Shown here in pieces: positions 1 to 12,875 of a DNA stretch of 64,000 nt. Within the stretch, counting starts at the first letter, position 1; each line of letters begins with the position of its first letter. The notes under the pieces were generated by a model. The model searched no databases. It worked only from the letters and a program-made list of their open reading frames with translations, and was not told the DNA's origin. Position numbers and translations under genes: made by a program. Source of the stretch: Raillietiella orientalis (Eukaryota); NCBI GenBank assembly GCA_036172245.1, contig JAYWIR010000036.1, positions 1,302,001-1,366,000 of the forward strand. Direction: 5' to 3'.

Positions 1-1
1 G

Positions 2-181
2 GTGAGTGAGTGAGCTGAGCGCACGGGGGGGAGGGAGGGTCGGCTCGCGCATGGTGGAAGACGAAAGCGCCTCCTTTGAGCTCGCCTCCACGGATACCCG
101 CTGCTGTCACCACGGCTCCGCCGGCGCCGGAGCCGCACCCGGGTTTCTGCTCCTAATTGCCTGACGCCGTTCCTCCTTTAG
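2..181 (+). other. Spliceosomal intron upstream of GPCR exon
   Basis: GTGAGT donor at 2; branch-like CTAAT/CTGAC near 153-165 and pyrimidine tract ending TTTAG at 181, immediately followed by GPCR coding sequence. Confidence 0.75.
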
Positions 182-367
182 GTGCTGGTGACGAAGCTGC
201 GCTCAACCGGCTCCGTCGAGAGCCAACAGTACTACAAGGCCGCAAGGGCCTTGCTGGTGCTTATCCCCCTCCTGGGCATCACCTACATCGTCCTGATAGT
301 GGGGCCCGCTAGAGGGTACCCGAAGCTCATCTTCTCCGTGGTGCAGGCCCTGCTACTTTCGACACAG
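182..367 (+). CDS. Internal exon of class B GPCR, CRF/DH44 diuretic hormone receptor-like (end of TM5, ICL3, TM6, start of TM7)
   Basis: Translates VLVTKLRSTGSVESQQYYKAARALLVLIPLLGITY...ALLLSTQ, matching the CRF-R/DH44-R pattern VLxTKLRS...ExxQYxKAAKALLVLIPLLGITY; bounded by AG (180-181) and GT (368-369). Confidence 0.9.
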
Positions 368-419
368 GTGAACGACGGTGCTCCCTTCCTCCTCACGCAC
401 CATCCGTCTGGGATTTCAG
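368..419 (+). other. 52-nt intron splitting the class B STQ|G motif
   Basis: GTGAAC...TTTCAG; removal joins STQ to GLAVTIFYCFMNSEV in frame. Confidence 0.85.
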
Positions 420-596
420 GGCTTGGCGGTGACCATATTCTACTGTTTCATGAACAGCGAAGTCCGGTGCGCCATCAGGATCAGGTTCAACCGCTGGAGG
501 GACAGCCGCAACCTCAGGAGGAGGAAGGGCTACAAGCTGCGTTTCGTACACAACGGACCCACGTGCACGCGGTGTCCAGATCATTGCCAGAGGTAA
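420..596 (+). CDS. GPCR exon: TM7, helix 8 and C-terminal tail
   Basis: GLAVTIFYCFMNSEVRCAIRIRFNRW matches the class B signature QGxxVxxxYCFxNxEV. Ends at TAA 594-596, or may splice at AG|GTAATG (592/593); the 3' end is uncertain. Confidence 0.85.
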   Translation, partial: GLAVTIFYCFMNSEVRCAIRIRFNRWRDSRNLRRRKGYKLRFVHNGPTCTRCPDHCQR

Positions 597-3074
597 TGCG
601 CGGCCCCCTTTCCCCGTTCCATGTGTCCAGAAAGCATTCCTCGCATCTCCCTTTCCCTCTGAAAGCGCGGACGGGGGTTGAGGGATGGGAAGAAGAGCAT
701 CGCACCACCACCTCTTCCTTCCCCTGCGGCCGCTCACGCCTTCCGCGAGGCCAACTTCGAAAAGAAGGAACTCGCGTGACCGAAGCTCTGGGCGGCGGCA
801 GTCGTTGGGAGCAAACCTGCCGACGACCGCGAGATCCACGGACGTCTGCGTGAGGAGGGCGATATCGCCGCAGTCGCGCCACTTTCCAGTCCACAAGGAA
901 AATTTTCGTAAAGGCGGCACCAGCCGGCTCCTTGGCCCCTCTGTTTTCCAGCTCCCCCCCTCCCGCTTCCCCACACACGCACGCACGCATGCACTCACAC
1001 CTTCGTAACCTGAAAACTTCGAGGCGGTAACGGAAGTCCGCGGTCGTTGCGCGTCGCGTGACCCAAACCCAATAAGAGCACTTCTCTCGAATTCCGTGCC
1101 AGCACGCCAGATGGGGACGGCTGCGGGGCGTGTCGCCTTTCCGGGGTATTCGCGCCTGCACCCCTCACCTTCCCCCAAAACACAGGAGGGGAACTTCCTT
1201 CCCGCGCGGGCAGCGTTTCCGGCGGCGTGCGCCTTGCCCAGCTTTGGACGTGATCCTCGCGCTTGGCGTCGCGTGCGCGCGCGTCCCCCACCCACGCACA
1301 CAACCGAACACCGACACTGCGGGCACTCTTTGCTTGGGGCGAATCGGCTCGGGGGAAGCGTGCGTACGTGCGCATCGGCTGCCGCGTTTCCGCCACCTCT
1401 TTCCATGGCTGGGAAGCCGTGGCTCTTGCGCGTGGTTTCCGCCGGTGTTCCGCCGAACGCGTGCACGCGAGCCCCCCCTCTCTTTTCCCACGTGCTTCTC
1501 CGCCCGTGTTTGCTTCCAGAATTTCGAACGAAAACACAGCGAGCGCGTGTTGGCTTTGCTCGGTCCTTTCGGTTCGGCTTTCGACACGCACGTGACCACG
1601 TATTTGCTCACGTACCGAAAAATGCGAAGGACTCCAGGACGGCAGCGCTTGCTGCCTCGGCCTCCCCTGCTCTCTCCTTGCCGACGCGTGTGCTCCGTAC
1701 GGTTCTGCTTAATTGGATTTGTCTGTCGAAAAGGGAGTCTTCGCCGTTCCGTTTCAAAACTCCGCGCAATTCGGGGAATGAACAGGAATGGACTTCCGAA
1801 TGAAAGAATGACCTTTTTGTTTTCATTTTTTGCCCGGTGCAAATAACAACCTTTTTTCCTGAAAAGCTGAGAAGACGAGCGATAAAAAGTATTCGAGCTT
1901 GAGAAACTTCCGGACGAAAAGTTTTCGGTGAAGATGTGAGAGGCTTAGATGAGGATTCGAATGCAAGAGTGAAGTCGCACCTTGCGAGAAGAGCTCCACG
2001 CCACGCGCTCGACGAGGAAGAAGGGAAACGAGGAGGACTCGGCCGTGCGGACTCTCTCTGCCTTATGCGAAAACCACGCCTCGAGGAGGAAGACGACGGC
2101 GGTCCCGCACGAAGCTTTTTACGTCAGTGTGACAAATTCAAAATTGATTCGCTGTTTCGCTGTTGTCAGTGTAATCCTCCAGGATGCCTAGAAATGTATG
2201 TTTCTCTCTCCCTCTCACTCCTTTTTCCAAGAGAAGAACAGAAAAGATAGAAAGAGAAATAATAAACTTTAGTTACGGTCCTTTTATGAAACCGTTCAGA
2301 TTATTTCCAACTCCATGGCGGCGCTTGGCTGCTGGTTTCGTCCTTCAAGCGAACGGAAAGTTTTCTTTCTGTTTTTTTTTTGTTTTTTTTTTATCGTTCC
2401 CATGGAAGGTTTTGCACTTCATTTCATGTTTCATCCCTCAAGATCTCCTTGTTCCTTAAATGATAGGTAACAGGATAATTGCTGGTGAGGGTGTCTAGTA
2501 AGCAAATGCGTTTCCTTTCTCTTCTTGGGAAGGAACAAATTTGTGGTGCCATTTCGTAACGAACTCTGGGACAAAGAATTGCCTCAAGAGCTCTAATAAT
2601 AACCAGCCATTAGGTTTCCCATTTGTTTTTTTGCCTTTGAAATTCAGCAACTTTTTTTCTTTTTCTCTCCCTCCTATTTTTGTATACAAAGAACTTCTAG
2701 CTGCTCAGTTCTCCAGGATTTCCATCTTGTACGAAACGGACTCCACGAGGTTGCTGGGAACTTTCACTGGGGGCATTTGTTACTTGATTTGCGTTCGAGG
2801 TTTCTCCCGTTTTTCCAGCCCCGAACCGTGGGCACACTGAATGAACATCGGATAATGACGCTCGCGAAGGAAATTACGATGCACTCTCTGCGCTGGAGGG
2901 CCCGCGTGCAATCTTTTGCAACAAAGACCAGCGTTCCAACTCTTTCCCTCTTCGATAAATCTTCTTCCCAAGGTCATTTTTTTTTTTTTTTTCTTTCCTT
3001 TTCTTGGCGGCCGCAGAGTCCGTGGCTTGATGCCCTTTCCCCGGGAGCCCCCCCGAACACGTCTTGGTGCGTTG

Positions 3075-3080
<6 letters not shown>

Positions 3081-3106
<26 letters not shown>
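3081..3106. repeat. (GT)13 microsatellite
   Basis: Direct reading. Confidence 0.95.
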
Positions 3107-6100
3107 TGGTGGCGGTGGTGGATGCTGCCTCGGCGTGATCATTTCCTGGTTTTCAGCTGAACCTTCTTCGATCGAGAGGCGTTTGCGTGCATCAATGAAA
3201 CCTCGCCACATCCGAGCGAAGAGGGAGTGTTGTGGTTGCCTTTCATGAGTTGTTGCTTCGCACTTTTCTTCTGCTGCATAGCCCGGACGTTGTCCGACTC
3301 GTGATTCGCAGATCGAGGTTCCCTCCCCTCGAGGAGGAATCCAAAACCAACTCGGGCGATGCGTGTCTTTCTCATCGGGGAAGCGTAGGTTCTTCGAAGA
3401 GACGCACGGATGAGCATTTGTTCATCTGAGTCCTCGCTGACCTTCGCAAATGCAACCTGTTTCCGCGCTATGAACGTTCCGTGAAGGGGGTCAAGTTTGA
3501 ATCGCTCCATCAGATTCAGCAGCAGCTCCCATTTTGCTGACGTTCGTCCGAGGGATCTTTCGCGTTAACCTCGCAGTTCGTCGAAACGCTACGCGTCAGT
3601 TCCTTCTTCGAAAATCGCGTGAACCTGACTCCTTGATTCATCATGACCCGGTCCAGTACAGTTGTGAAGCTGCTCAGGAAGGACGTTTCCCTGTATATTT
3701 AAAGAGATCAGAAGAGCTGCGCGACTGATGCGGGCAATCCGTGCACAGAGAAGTTCAGCGTCCACGATCCACTGAGCATTTGAATGGAGTGCTAAATAAT
3801 TAGAATCTTATTAAGCAAACCGAAAAAAAAAAATGAAATGCACCCCGTGAGATAACGAAAAGATGCATAAAGCAATTTCAGCGCCACGATGGCATTTGGT
3901 TACTAATGGGTACCGAATGGCAAGTTTTTCCCGTGGAGAGTTGTGAACCTTATTTCGTGTTTCATCCCGCAGGATTCGCTTGTTCTTTAAGCAACGGAAA
4001 AGTTATCTTCCAGCTCTTGGAAAACGCCGTGAAATTACTTGGACCCTGCCGTGGAAGGCTTCTACAAAATGTGGCTTGCCGTTAAACAGTTTTTAGTCGG
4101 GTCTCCCTCCAGCGGGGATTGTCTTCGTGCGTCACTGAAGAAACAAGAACTTTAATCACGGTTCGATAACCAGCCGTGTTAGTCCTCCATCCCAATCTGA
4201 TTTGTTTGAACGATTGGGCGTCGGTTTGCCGTGAAAGTTCGAATCCGAGAAAATTCGCGGGAACCTTTCCCAGAAGGAAATTTTGGAACAGATTCGTTAG
4301 TGTGGCAGACGTCACGAGCTCTTGGCCAAGAGCAAAAGAGGTCGAGCGTGGTACGGCTGAAAGTGGTCGTAGTGGACATCAGCAGCAACAGTGTGGCTCT
4401 GACGCCACACTTTCGTATTCACAATGGGCGATGCACCAGCTAGAAGAGTCAGACATCTCCATGATTTGTTTCTTTCGCGAGGAAGAATGCCTCTTCATCT
4501 TTCAGCGCTGAAAAGGAAAAGTATGGATTCCGCATCGTAATCCTGATGCAGACTCTCTCTTGGTGTCCAGAGCGCCGGAGAGCTTACAATTGGCTAATTA
4601 TGGTTATGGCAAGTTAGAAGTTCAGTTGCTTTTGACAAAAATCTGCATACACTACAAGCTGGTTATCCTCGTTGTCCTGAAAGTGCGATGTTCAATATCT
4701 AAGGTCCGGCCTACCATAAATCCTCACGGATGGTGTGCAATGTGTCAGTTTAATCCCCAGATCGACCACTGCCAGAGTGGAGCATGCCTTAAAATTCCGC
4801 ATCCGTCAGAATTCTCAGGCCCATAGCCATCCGACATCCTATTGCTCACGGCGACGTGTTTATTCTTTCAGCAAAACTGCTGGCAATCGTGCTGCTAACG
4901 CCGGACTCCTGCAGATGCATGTAATTCAATCCCGTTCAATCAAAGGCATTCCATCCAAATTGGTGACTTTTGTGTTTTGATGAGATTCTTAATAGATTCC
5001 CTCGCCCTTTGCGTTTCCATATTTCGTCGATATGGGCGTTCCACTTCTTCTTGGAGGAACTGGGAATGAGTTTCGGGGGTTGAAAATGAGGGGTGGGGAA
5101 TATTTGAAAATCGTGATGGCAGACGGCAGTTCACAAGACATGCGTGTTTTGCTTTGCTCGGAAACTGCAAGTTGTCTTTTCGGGTCGGAGGAAATTCTCT
5201 GTTGGCGTTTTGGATGCGATTGCACCGCCGCGATCGCGAACAGCTGACTTAAAAGATGGACGACTCTTGGATGCTGGAAAACTTGGATCGAAGGCGATCT
5301 CGTTTACGAGAAACGCTAAGGAAGCCGAGCCGGTAGCATCTCAAGGAAGCAGGAACTGGAGACCAGCTGCCACCTTGAGTTGACCTGTGGAATCTCGGCG
5401 TGCACGCGTGCCACCAACCAACCATGCCTGCTGCCTGTTGCTACGCCACCGATTCCGTTCACGGACGTGTGTTCCTTTTTTCTTCCTTTTTTGCTGTGCG
5501 TGTGCGCGCGCGCCCTTTCGGTTCCAGATGCAGCGTGGGTTTTTTTCCAAGGCAGTAAGCAGTTGAATCGGCATGACCTCCGTATATCTGGTCGCGTGAT
5601 TCTGCACGCTCCTCGATAGGTGCCTCGATTCGTGTTTGATGCATTCGGTGAGGTTATGGAGGCGTGTTCTCGACAGCAGTGAGTGCATTTCGTGTTCCGA
5701 TGTTCTCAGCACGGCTGCTCAGGCAAAAGACGACGCTCAAAAATATTGCGAAACTCAAGTGGTCGTTGTGTGAGTCCACTTTTTTTTTTTTTCTAAGAAA
5801 TTTCACATTAGTTGCATCTGTTAAAGGAGATTCGTGGCAACGAAAGCTCTATTGAAAAACAGCAGCAGGGTTCCTCTTGCCAGGGCTCCCATGAACAAAG
5901 CGGGAAAGCGCTCTTCGTCATTCCATTTTCACCCAGGATGAATTTTCCTTAGCTTGACGAATAGGAAACAAAAAAAAAAAAAAAAAGAGGGAGAGACAAT
6001 TCCGTCGGGATAAGAACTGTTGCAACCCCTTGTTCGGGCAGTTCATAAATTCACTTAGCAACGCTTAGAGTGGAATTCCCGTTGGAGAAACGCGTCCCCG

Positions 6101-8784
6101 GCTCCCGACGTCGAATTTAAAATTGAGCAAAGGCTTGCAAACAGAGAAAAATGATTTCTGTATTCCCGAATGATGATGAGGAAAAAATTCGTCCCTGATC
6201 GAGACCCGAACGTGGAGGGAACCGCAATTGGATTTCCCGTTGGTCCTGAACCCGAAACTCCTTGGTGGCATGAAGATGTGCGTCTCCCGGAGGCAACGCA
6301 CCTCGAAAGACGCTCCGGAGCGCATGAGCCCAGCGAGAGGAGGTGAATGATGTCTGTTTTCAAGATTCGGGAGTGTTGCTGATCCCGTCATCTCTCAAAG
6401 AGAGGTGATGTGCACAAGCTTGGATGCAAATCAGATACCTTAAGACGGGGCAAGCTGCTTTCTAATGAAGTTCAGTTTTAATGAATGCCCGTCGTTTCGT
6501 ACCGAGGCAGCCGGCCTGGCTGCTTCCCGCTCTTGGAGCTCGAAATTGCGCTGTGAGGAAAAATGCATCACCATTAACGCTCGCAGCATTTATCTCGTGC
6601 TTTGTTCTCATTGCGGATGTGCTGTTGAAATTCCGTGATCCTTTGAAAGGCATGAAAATTGAAACTTTCTTGTTTTTTTTTCTTTCCCTGCAGTTTCGTC
6701 AGTAAGCATAAGGGAAGAACCGATTCTTCTAGTAGCGATGTTACTACCACTTCGATAATTAGAAGCGACAGCAGTGTATATAACGCTCTGATGATGCTCG
6801 AAGACAAGAATGAGATCCCTCTTCTCCGTAAGGATGGCATGCCAAAGGAAGCTTCATGCCGCCAAGCCAAGTCCCAGCTATAGAGAACGCGGGAAAACTC
6901 TGGAATCCCGGCAGATTAGCTGCGACTGCCAGTTCTTTTGATCTCCTGCACGAAACACTCTAATCTTGACGAGAAAGAGGTGGAGAAACTCCTCTCTTCC
7001 CTGTTTGTCCTGATTTTCGAAGTGATCTCCGGTGCTGGAATTTGAACATCGAGCCCAGCACTCACCAGAGCAAGGAGCACGCTCTCCTTGCTGCAACTGA
7101 AGTTCGCAAACAGAGAGGAGATTCGGTAGAAGAGATGTTCCACAAGCAATAACCTGGAATCTTCACTGTGTCTTCTGGTGTTCCAGGATGCTTTAGTTTT
7201 AAGAAGTGAAATTCTCAACTTCGCCGAGTTATGCTTTCTGTTTCCGCATGTTACGCGATGGGGAGAAAAGAGATTTCCCCGATTACCCAAGGAGCCGATT
7301 CTGAGATGCCATCCAAAAAGCACTGAATCTTCTGGGCGCGAATCACAACTTGGATCCCAACGCTGATGGTCATCAAATGAGCATTCTGGTGATCCAGTAC
7401 TGTTAAAGAATGCAAGGTGGCCGTCACTGGCTACTGTACTTTCATAGCACATTTAACGCATTCTTCTCAGAGGAGCTGTCAGTTTCCGCTTGTCATATGC
7501 CTGTGGGAACGGGATGATTTGTTCCTGCAGTCCAGCAATAAAGCTTTTTTTTTGCTATCAGTCGAAAGTGGTCAACTTTTTCGAAGCTGCCAAAAGCATT
7601 CATTTTTTTTTTTCTTTTCTTTCTGCCATGGCGCTGCGTCGTTTCCTTTAGTCGACCACGTTTAGTAAAGCCAAGGATGCCGTTTGTACCCGATGATCTC
7701 TTCGTTCCCGCTTCCCTGTGGCATCATTGCTCTACTCGATCCAGAACGCGCCCCCTTCTTCAGCGAAACCACGACTGGAGGTTCTACTGACAGTTCTTCG
7801 CGAAATGCAACGATGTGAAATGAACTCTGGCGCCAGTCAGTCTCTGGGACCTCCTGCTAACCTTTCCAAACACCTCTTCCGCCTATCGGAAGCGACCTCC
7901 ACGTTATGCTTCATCACCCTGGATGCATCCATCGTGCTCGTAACCGTACACGTATACACAACGACAACAGTCCACTGATGAAATCATGGGTACTTTGTGC
8001 CGATGCTTCACATCAGATTGCAAGGCGCTGGCGACTCCATTTCCTCTTTTTCGCGTTGCTGTGCATCACTTCCGTTCATTCATGGAACCACCCCTTTCGT
8101 ATGGACCTCAAGGGGCGCGGGACTCGCGGGACACTCTCAAACACGCGCCAGTCGTATTCTGGTTTCCTGCTTGCCTTGCGAGGTGGGTTCCCCGTCGAAG
8201 CTCACGTCTCGTCTGACGTCCTGTTCGTATTCCGAACTTCCTGCCTTTGCTTCACGAATTCCTAGTCCCCACACAGGAAAGGCAGCAGCGGACGTTGAGA
8301 ACTTGAAAAGGTATTCGTGGAACTTCTGTCTGCTTCCTGTCCAGCTGATTTGCTCTTCAGTCATGTTACCCCATCATCGGCGCTTCGACACCATTGACAG
8401 ATGTTTTCTCCTTGACTCCATCTCATGAAATACACCGCAACCACGAAAAGTTTCCCCAATTACCACTTCCCTCGTATGTTCCGTTTGCACGTACAACACA
8501 AGTTGGTGCAAATTTCATCCCAGTTCCCACTGTGAATGTACATGATACATTGAGCACGTCCCATGAGCACTCAAAGAGTTACATCGTTTGCATGCGAGTA
8601 GCGGCAGAAAGCTAATGGATAGCATTCGAAAGCTAATTGAAGACAAGGCGGTTCCCTTGCCAAGTTCTCTTCGGTTAACGAAGGAGAACATGATGGGTCC
8701 AGTTTGCAAATCCCGAGAAGAAGGCATCGATTCCCAACTTTTTCTCATCCTCGAGATCAGGTTATCATTAAGCTAAAAGGCAAA

Positions 8785-8826
8785 AAGAGCAAACGATTCG
8801 TTCGTTTGAACAAATCGTTTGCTCTT
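8785..8826. repeat. 42-bp hairpin/palindrome (19-bp arms, 1 mismatch, 4-nt loop)
   Basis: AAGAGCAAACGATTCGTTC-GTTT-GAACAAATCGTTTGCTCTT. Confidence 0.9.
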
Positions 8827-9699
8827 CTTGTTCGTCGATTGCAAGAAAGATACAATCAGACATGACTTTTCCAAGGAGACATTCTTGGGTGGATCAGGGG
8901 GGCACCATCAGGAAGCTGAATTCTGTTTCAAACATTTCGTTGGGAAAGAACAGCTTCAATAAATACTAAATGAGGAGTCCACCACTCTCCAGAATGTGCT
9001 GCCGGTCTTGGCGTCCTGGTGACGTACCACACAGTCTTTTCTTGAGTTCTCTCGAGAATGCTACCCATCAGTTGGCTGATCGCAAACTGATTTCATAAGA
9101 GATTCACTGCTAAGCGATTCCTTCTGACTGCACAGGAGAATGCAGGACGGCTGCAGTGAGCGTTTAGTACTTTCTGGGTGTTCTCAGCATTCACTGGGGG
9201 GTGGTCACAGGAGTTCAGAGTCACAAGCATCTGCTCTCACCTGAAGTAAAAATCACGTTTTGGCACCGGGTTCGTGGATCAGCGATTGCACTCTTCCGTT
9301 ATCTTTCAGTGGAAGCACGGTCACCTCGGTTTCCTCTGCCAGACCTGAGGACTCTTGCAAAGGACCAAATCCAGGAAATCGGACCGATTGCTGATTGCCT
9401 CCCATTGCGGCGACTTCACTTCCCTCTCGGTTGGAGCAACCCTCACTGACCAGGGCGCTACTGAAAGGAGAGCGCAATCCAATGCACCCGCCTCGCCTCG
9501 CAACAATGAAAGTCGACGGGGTCAGTCTTCCGACGACTTGAGGTCTCGGTGACGACCACATTGAGAGAGAGCGACGATTCCTCGATCCACTTGGGATGCC
9601 GACCTCACAAGCCAAGGAGGCGGAAAGCCCTCAATGGCAGTAGTCAACTTCCCTCTAGGAATGCTTCTCGCAAAATCATTCCTGGAGCATTGCGGAGGG

Positions 9700-12150
9700 A
9701 GAGGGCAAAAGATCGCACGCACGAGAACAACATCTGAAGGTCACTCGCCTTGCGGGGATCCTCTTGAGGACACACCTCGTGGGTTTTCATGAGGAATGCA
9801 AAGGATAGAACGGTTCCTCTGCAGTTTTTTTGCCCTCGCAGGATACGCGAGGAGAGGTCACGTGGTCGGGCATGGTATTATTTCACTGTCGGCAATACCG
9901 TCCCTGTTCCTCCTTTGAAACCAGTTCCTGGAGGTAATGGTGGTTTCGCAATTTCGAAGTACCAGCGAGGCGGGTGGAACAGCGAGAGGAGGCAGCAGGG
10001 AGGACGTAAAAGAAGGGTGACTGGAACAGTTGAAGACGGAGCAGTCGAGGAAATGCCCAGGGGGTTGCGTCGTTTCTCCTTTAGAAAGAGATCCTCTTGG
10101 GTACCGTCGTGTCGCTGAGAGCAGCCTGCTGAAATGCCAAGCCCCTGGAAGCCTGATCCGCCCTTGTGTAGTCCCACTGGGACATACACTCCCTCCCTCC
10201 CTCCCTCAGGTCTATCACTCCCTTCCCCTCCTTCCTCACTGCGGTACCGCCTTTTCTCGACCGCGGCAGATGACCTCGGTGACCCGCGTTTTTCCCAAGG
10301 CAGCTCGGCTGAGTAGGAGGTAGGTCGTGCGGCGTCACGCCTGGAAGAGCGCCTCCCTCACATACACCCCCTTGCCCGCCGCCGTAACGGACGGAGGGAA
10401 TGTGTGTTCGTTAGCGCCGGACAGTCCGGCGAACTGCGGCAGTAGGCTGAGGCGAACGACCAGAGCGTCAGTCGTATGAGGTCAGAGCAGGTGATCGACC
10501 TGCTGCTCAAGACCAGAAAATGCACCTCCGCAGAACTACCGAGCGGGCGCGAAGCGTGAAGCGGCACACGCTTTGCAGCGCGGCCCGAAGATTGCCGGGT
10601 TGTGAAAGAAGAATGGAGGCTGTGGGAAAGTTCCGTCGGTCCCCTCATCCCGCACGCATCCTGCAACGCCCATACCCCCTGTCCGCAGCCGACTAGGCCG
10701 AAATCCCTTCCTTGTTTGCTGCGATCCGCCACTTCGCTGTAAAAAGTGGCATCTTAAAGCGCATGTAGCACCACATGGCGCAACAACGATGGAGTCTACC
10801 AGGTGGACTTTTTTATTTTTATTTTTATTTTTTTTGGGGGGGGGAAGGGGGGCGGAGGTGGAAACTCCCTCACCAGCAAGGTGGAGTGGGAAATTGAACA
10901 GACGGAGGAGCACCTCTTAGAGGGGCCAGGAGTTTCGGGAAGGTGCCCTCCTGCCTTGCAACAGAAGGAGCTGCAGGAACAGCTCCCGAGCTGGGTCGAT
11001 CCGGGAGAGACAGGAGAGAGAATGAGCGGAGACAGCTCGAGGGGACTTTTCCGAATGCCTCCGCCTGCCATTCGGACGCGATATGCCACGAGATCCGACA
11101 GGTGCCCTTGATGTCCATCTGTGGTCGCTGGCCAGCTGTGGTCCTCTTGGTAAGAAGCTGTTGCATGGCCACGCCAGCTGACTGTGTGGGCCTCAAAACT
11201 TATGAATCGCCGACGCTTACACTGATGCCCTTCTCCCCCTAGGGTCGGAGTTGTCAGGGGTCCGATTATTTGTTCAGGGCTGCACGTTTCACGCCCTGAA
11301 GACGCTTGGCGATCCCGTCAAGCGTCGTCACTGTCAAGTGCATCCCCCCCCCCCTTCCGTTCCTAGCCGAGGATCTGGAAATACTCGGGCTGACGGGTCC
11401 ATTGATTACACCTCAGGTGGTAGGGATGTCCGTCAACAGCACCACCACGGGACGCGGGAGGCAGAAACTTCGGCCGCCGTGAGATGCTCAGCAGTATCGT
11501 CCTTCGCTCTTTCGCCTTCCCGCACCTCGTGCGGCGGAAGTTCCCTTCCGGAGGTTGCCGTGGCGTGTGGCATGGCCGAGGCACTTTCTGGGATCGGCCG
11601 CGCTTGACCCGCAAGCCTCGGGATGGGGCGAAAGCGCTCTCCGTCACCACGAGTCGTGCATCTCCATGGTGCAAGGCTCTCCAGGACCAAAGGAGTTCAG
11701 CAGGGATGAGCTGGGCCACACCGGGACAATGACTCTTTCCCTCCCAACTTCTTTGACAAGCCGAAACTTCTCGTCCGAGTAGCCCCTCGGACCTGATTCA
11801 TCTTGCCTGTCCCGGAGCAGCAGCGTTCCTTGAGCGCCGGAAAAAAGTTTGGCAGAGCCCTGATTCCTTGCAGCACCTACAGGATGTTTCCCCTTCTTCT
11901 CCGTGGCAGTGGGAAAACTTCCGGCTCCCGCGAGCAGTCCTTCGGACCCGGTACTGCCTCAAAACTGGCCTCCAGCTCTGTCATTCTCAGACAGCGATCC
12001 CGATGAGCACTCTGCCTCCGGCACAGTGGTCTCGGGAAGACAAGGACATGACTGGAGTAGCCCGGAGTCAGTCCTGCTAAAGTGGAGATGCTGGCGCGGT
12101 TTAGCCTGATGGCGCGGCGTCCGAGCATGCATCGATTTCAGTCCTTCTAC
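9700..12150 (-). mobile_element. Decayed non-LTR retrotransposon, RT core to 3' region
   Basis: Minus-strand remnants in the expected order: RASIS/RTDSGLL (~12060-12100, cf. RPISLLNxDYKLL), GVAQLIPAELL (~11690-11725, cf. GVRQGCPLSPLL), KAGGHLP (~10940, cf. GGLxLP). Many stops and frameshifts. Confidence 0.5.
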
Positions 12151-12204
12151 CCCCCCCTCCCCATCCCCGAGGGCGTTGAGCGTCCTGGACTCCCTCCCTC
12201 TCGG

Positions 12205-12875
12205 ACTTTTTTATTTGCCTAGGTACTGAAGGACCATTTGCCTGGGACTCAGAAAGCACTTTAGCACTCCCCACATATTGACCTTTCAAGTTAGGGGTGT
12301 GACTCGGGAGGGAGCCACCCTATTAATCCGTGAGGGTACTGGAGGAAGGAGTCCGTTCCTCTTACTCTTGGTAGGGAGCCTTCTCCCTGGTTGTCTCCGA
12401 AGGAAACCTCTTCCTTATCCCCCTCTCCGAGAGGGAAGAGAGGGGTGGGAGGCGGTTTCTGGGGGACACTCCTGATTTCTTTTCTGAAGGAGACCCGGAA
12501 AGCGTCTGTTCCTGGAATTTCTTCTACGGGGACTACTCGCAAGGGAACTGCTTCCTGTTCCTTCCTCTAAAGAGAACCCCGAAGGGACGCTTCCCAATTT
12601 CTCTGAAGGGCGCTCCACGGAGGGAGCAGCGCTCTTCCTGACACTCTGAAGAGACAACCCCCGAGGGGAGTATCAACCAGCTCCATGGTGCGGCTGCATT
12701 TTCACAACCGGAGGGGAACAACCCCGAAAGACTCCTTGATGTCCTGGAAGGAACCCGGGGGGTCGACTCCCAATCCCAGCCTGTCGACAGGGCTTCCGGC
12801 ATCCTTCAATGCCGCAGCCCGAAGCCGTTAGGCCAACCAGGGTCATCCTGCGGGAAGGGAGGGAGGAGCTCGACA
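12205..12875 (-). mobile_element. SINE-like family copy S1 (tRNA head missing; A-rich tail)
   Basis: Colinear similarity to copies at 46260-46890 and 56430-57078 (e.g. ACTCGGGAGGG..CCACCC.AT.AATCC; GAGAACCCCGAAGGGACGCTTC; TTGATGTCCTGGAA); AAATAAAAAA on the minus strand near 12207-12216. Confidence 0.8.

Noticed and set aside
393..1846. Long overlapping ORFs on both strands as genes
   Set aside because: Arg/Ala/Pro/Gly-rich with no recognisable domain; expected in GC-rich sequence and overlapping the GPCR 3' end.
4157..4250. B-box-like GGTTCGAT / GTTCGAATCC motifs
   Set aside because: No A box, cloverleaf or SINE body nearby.
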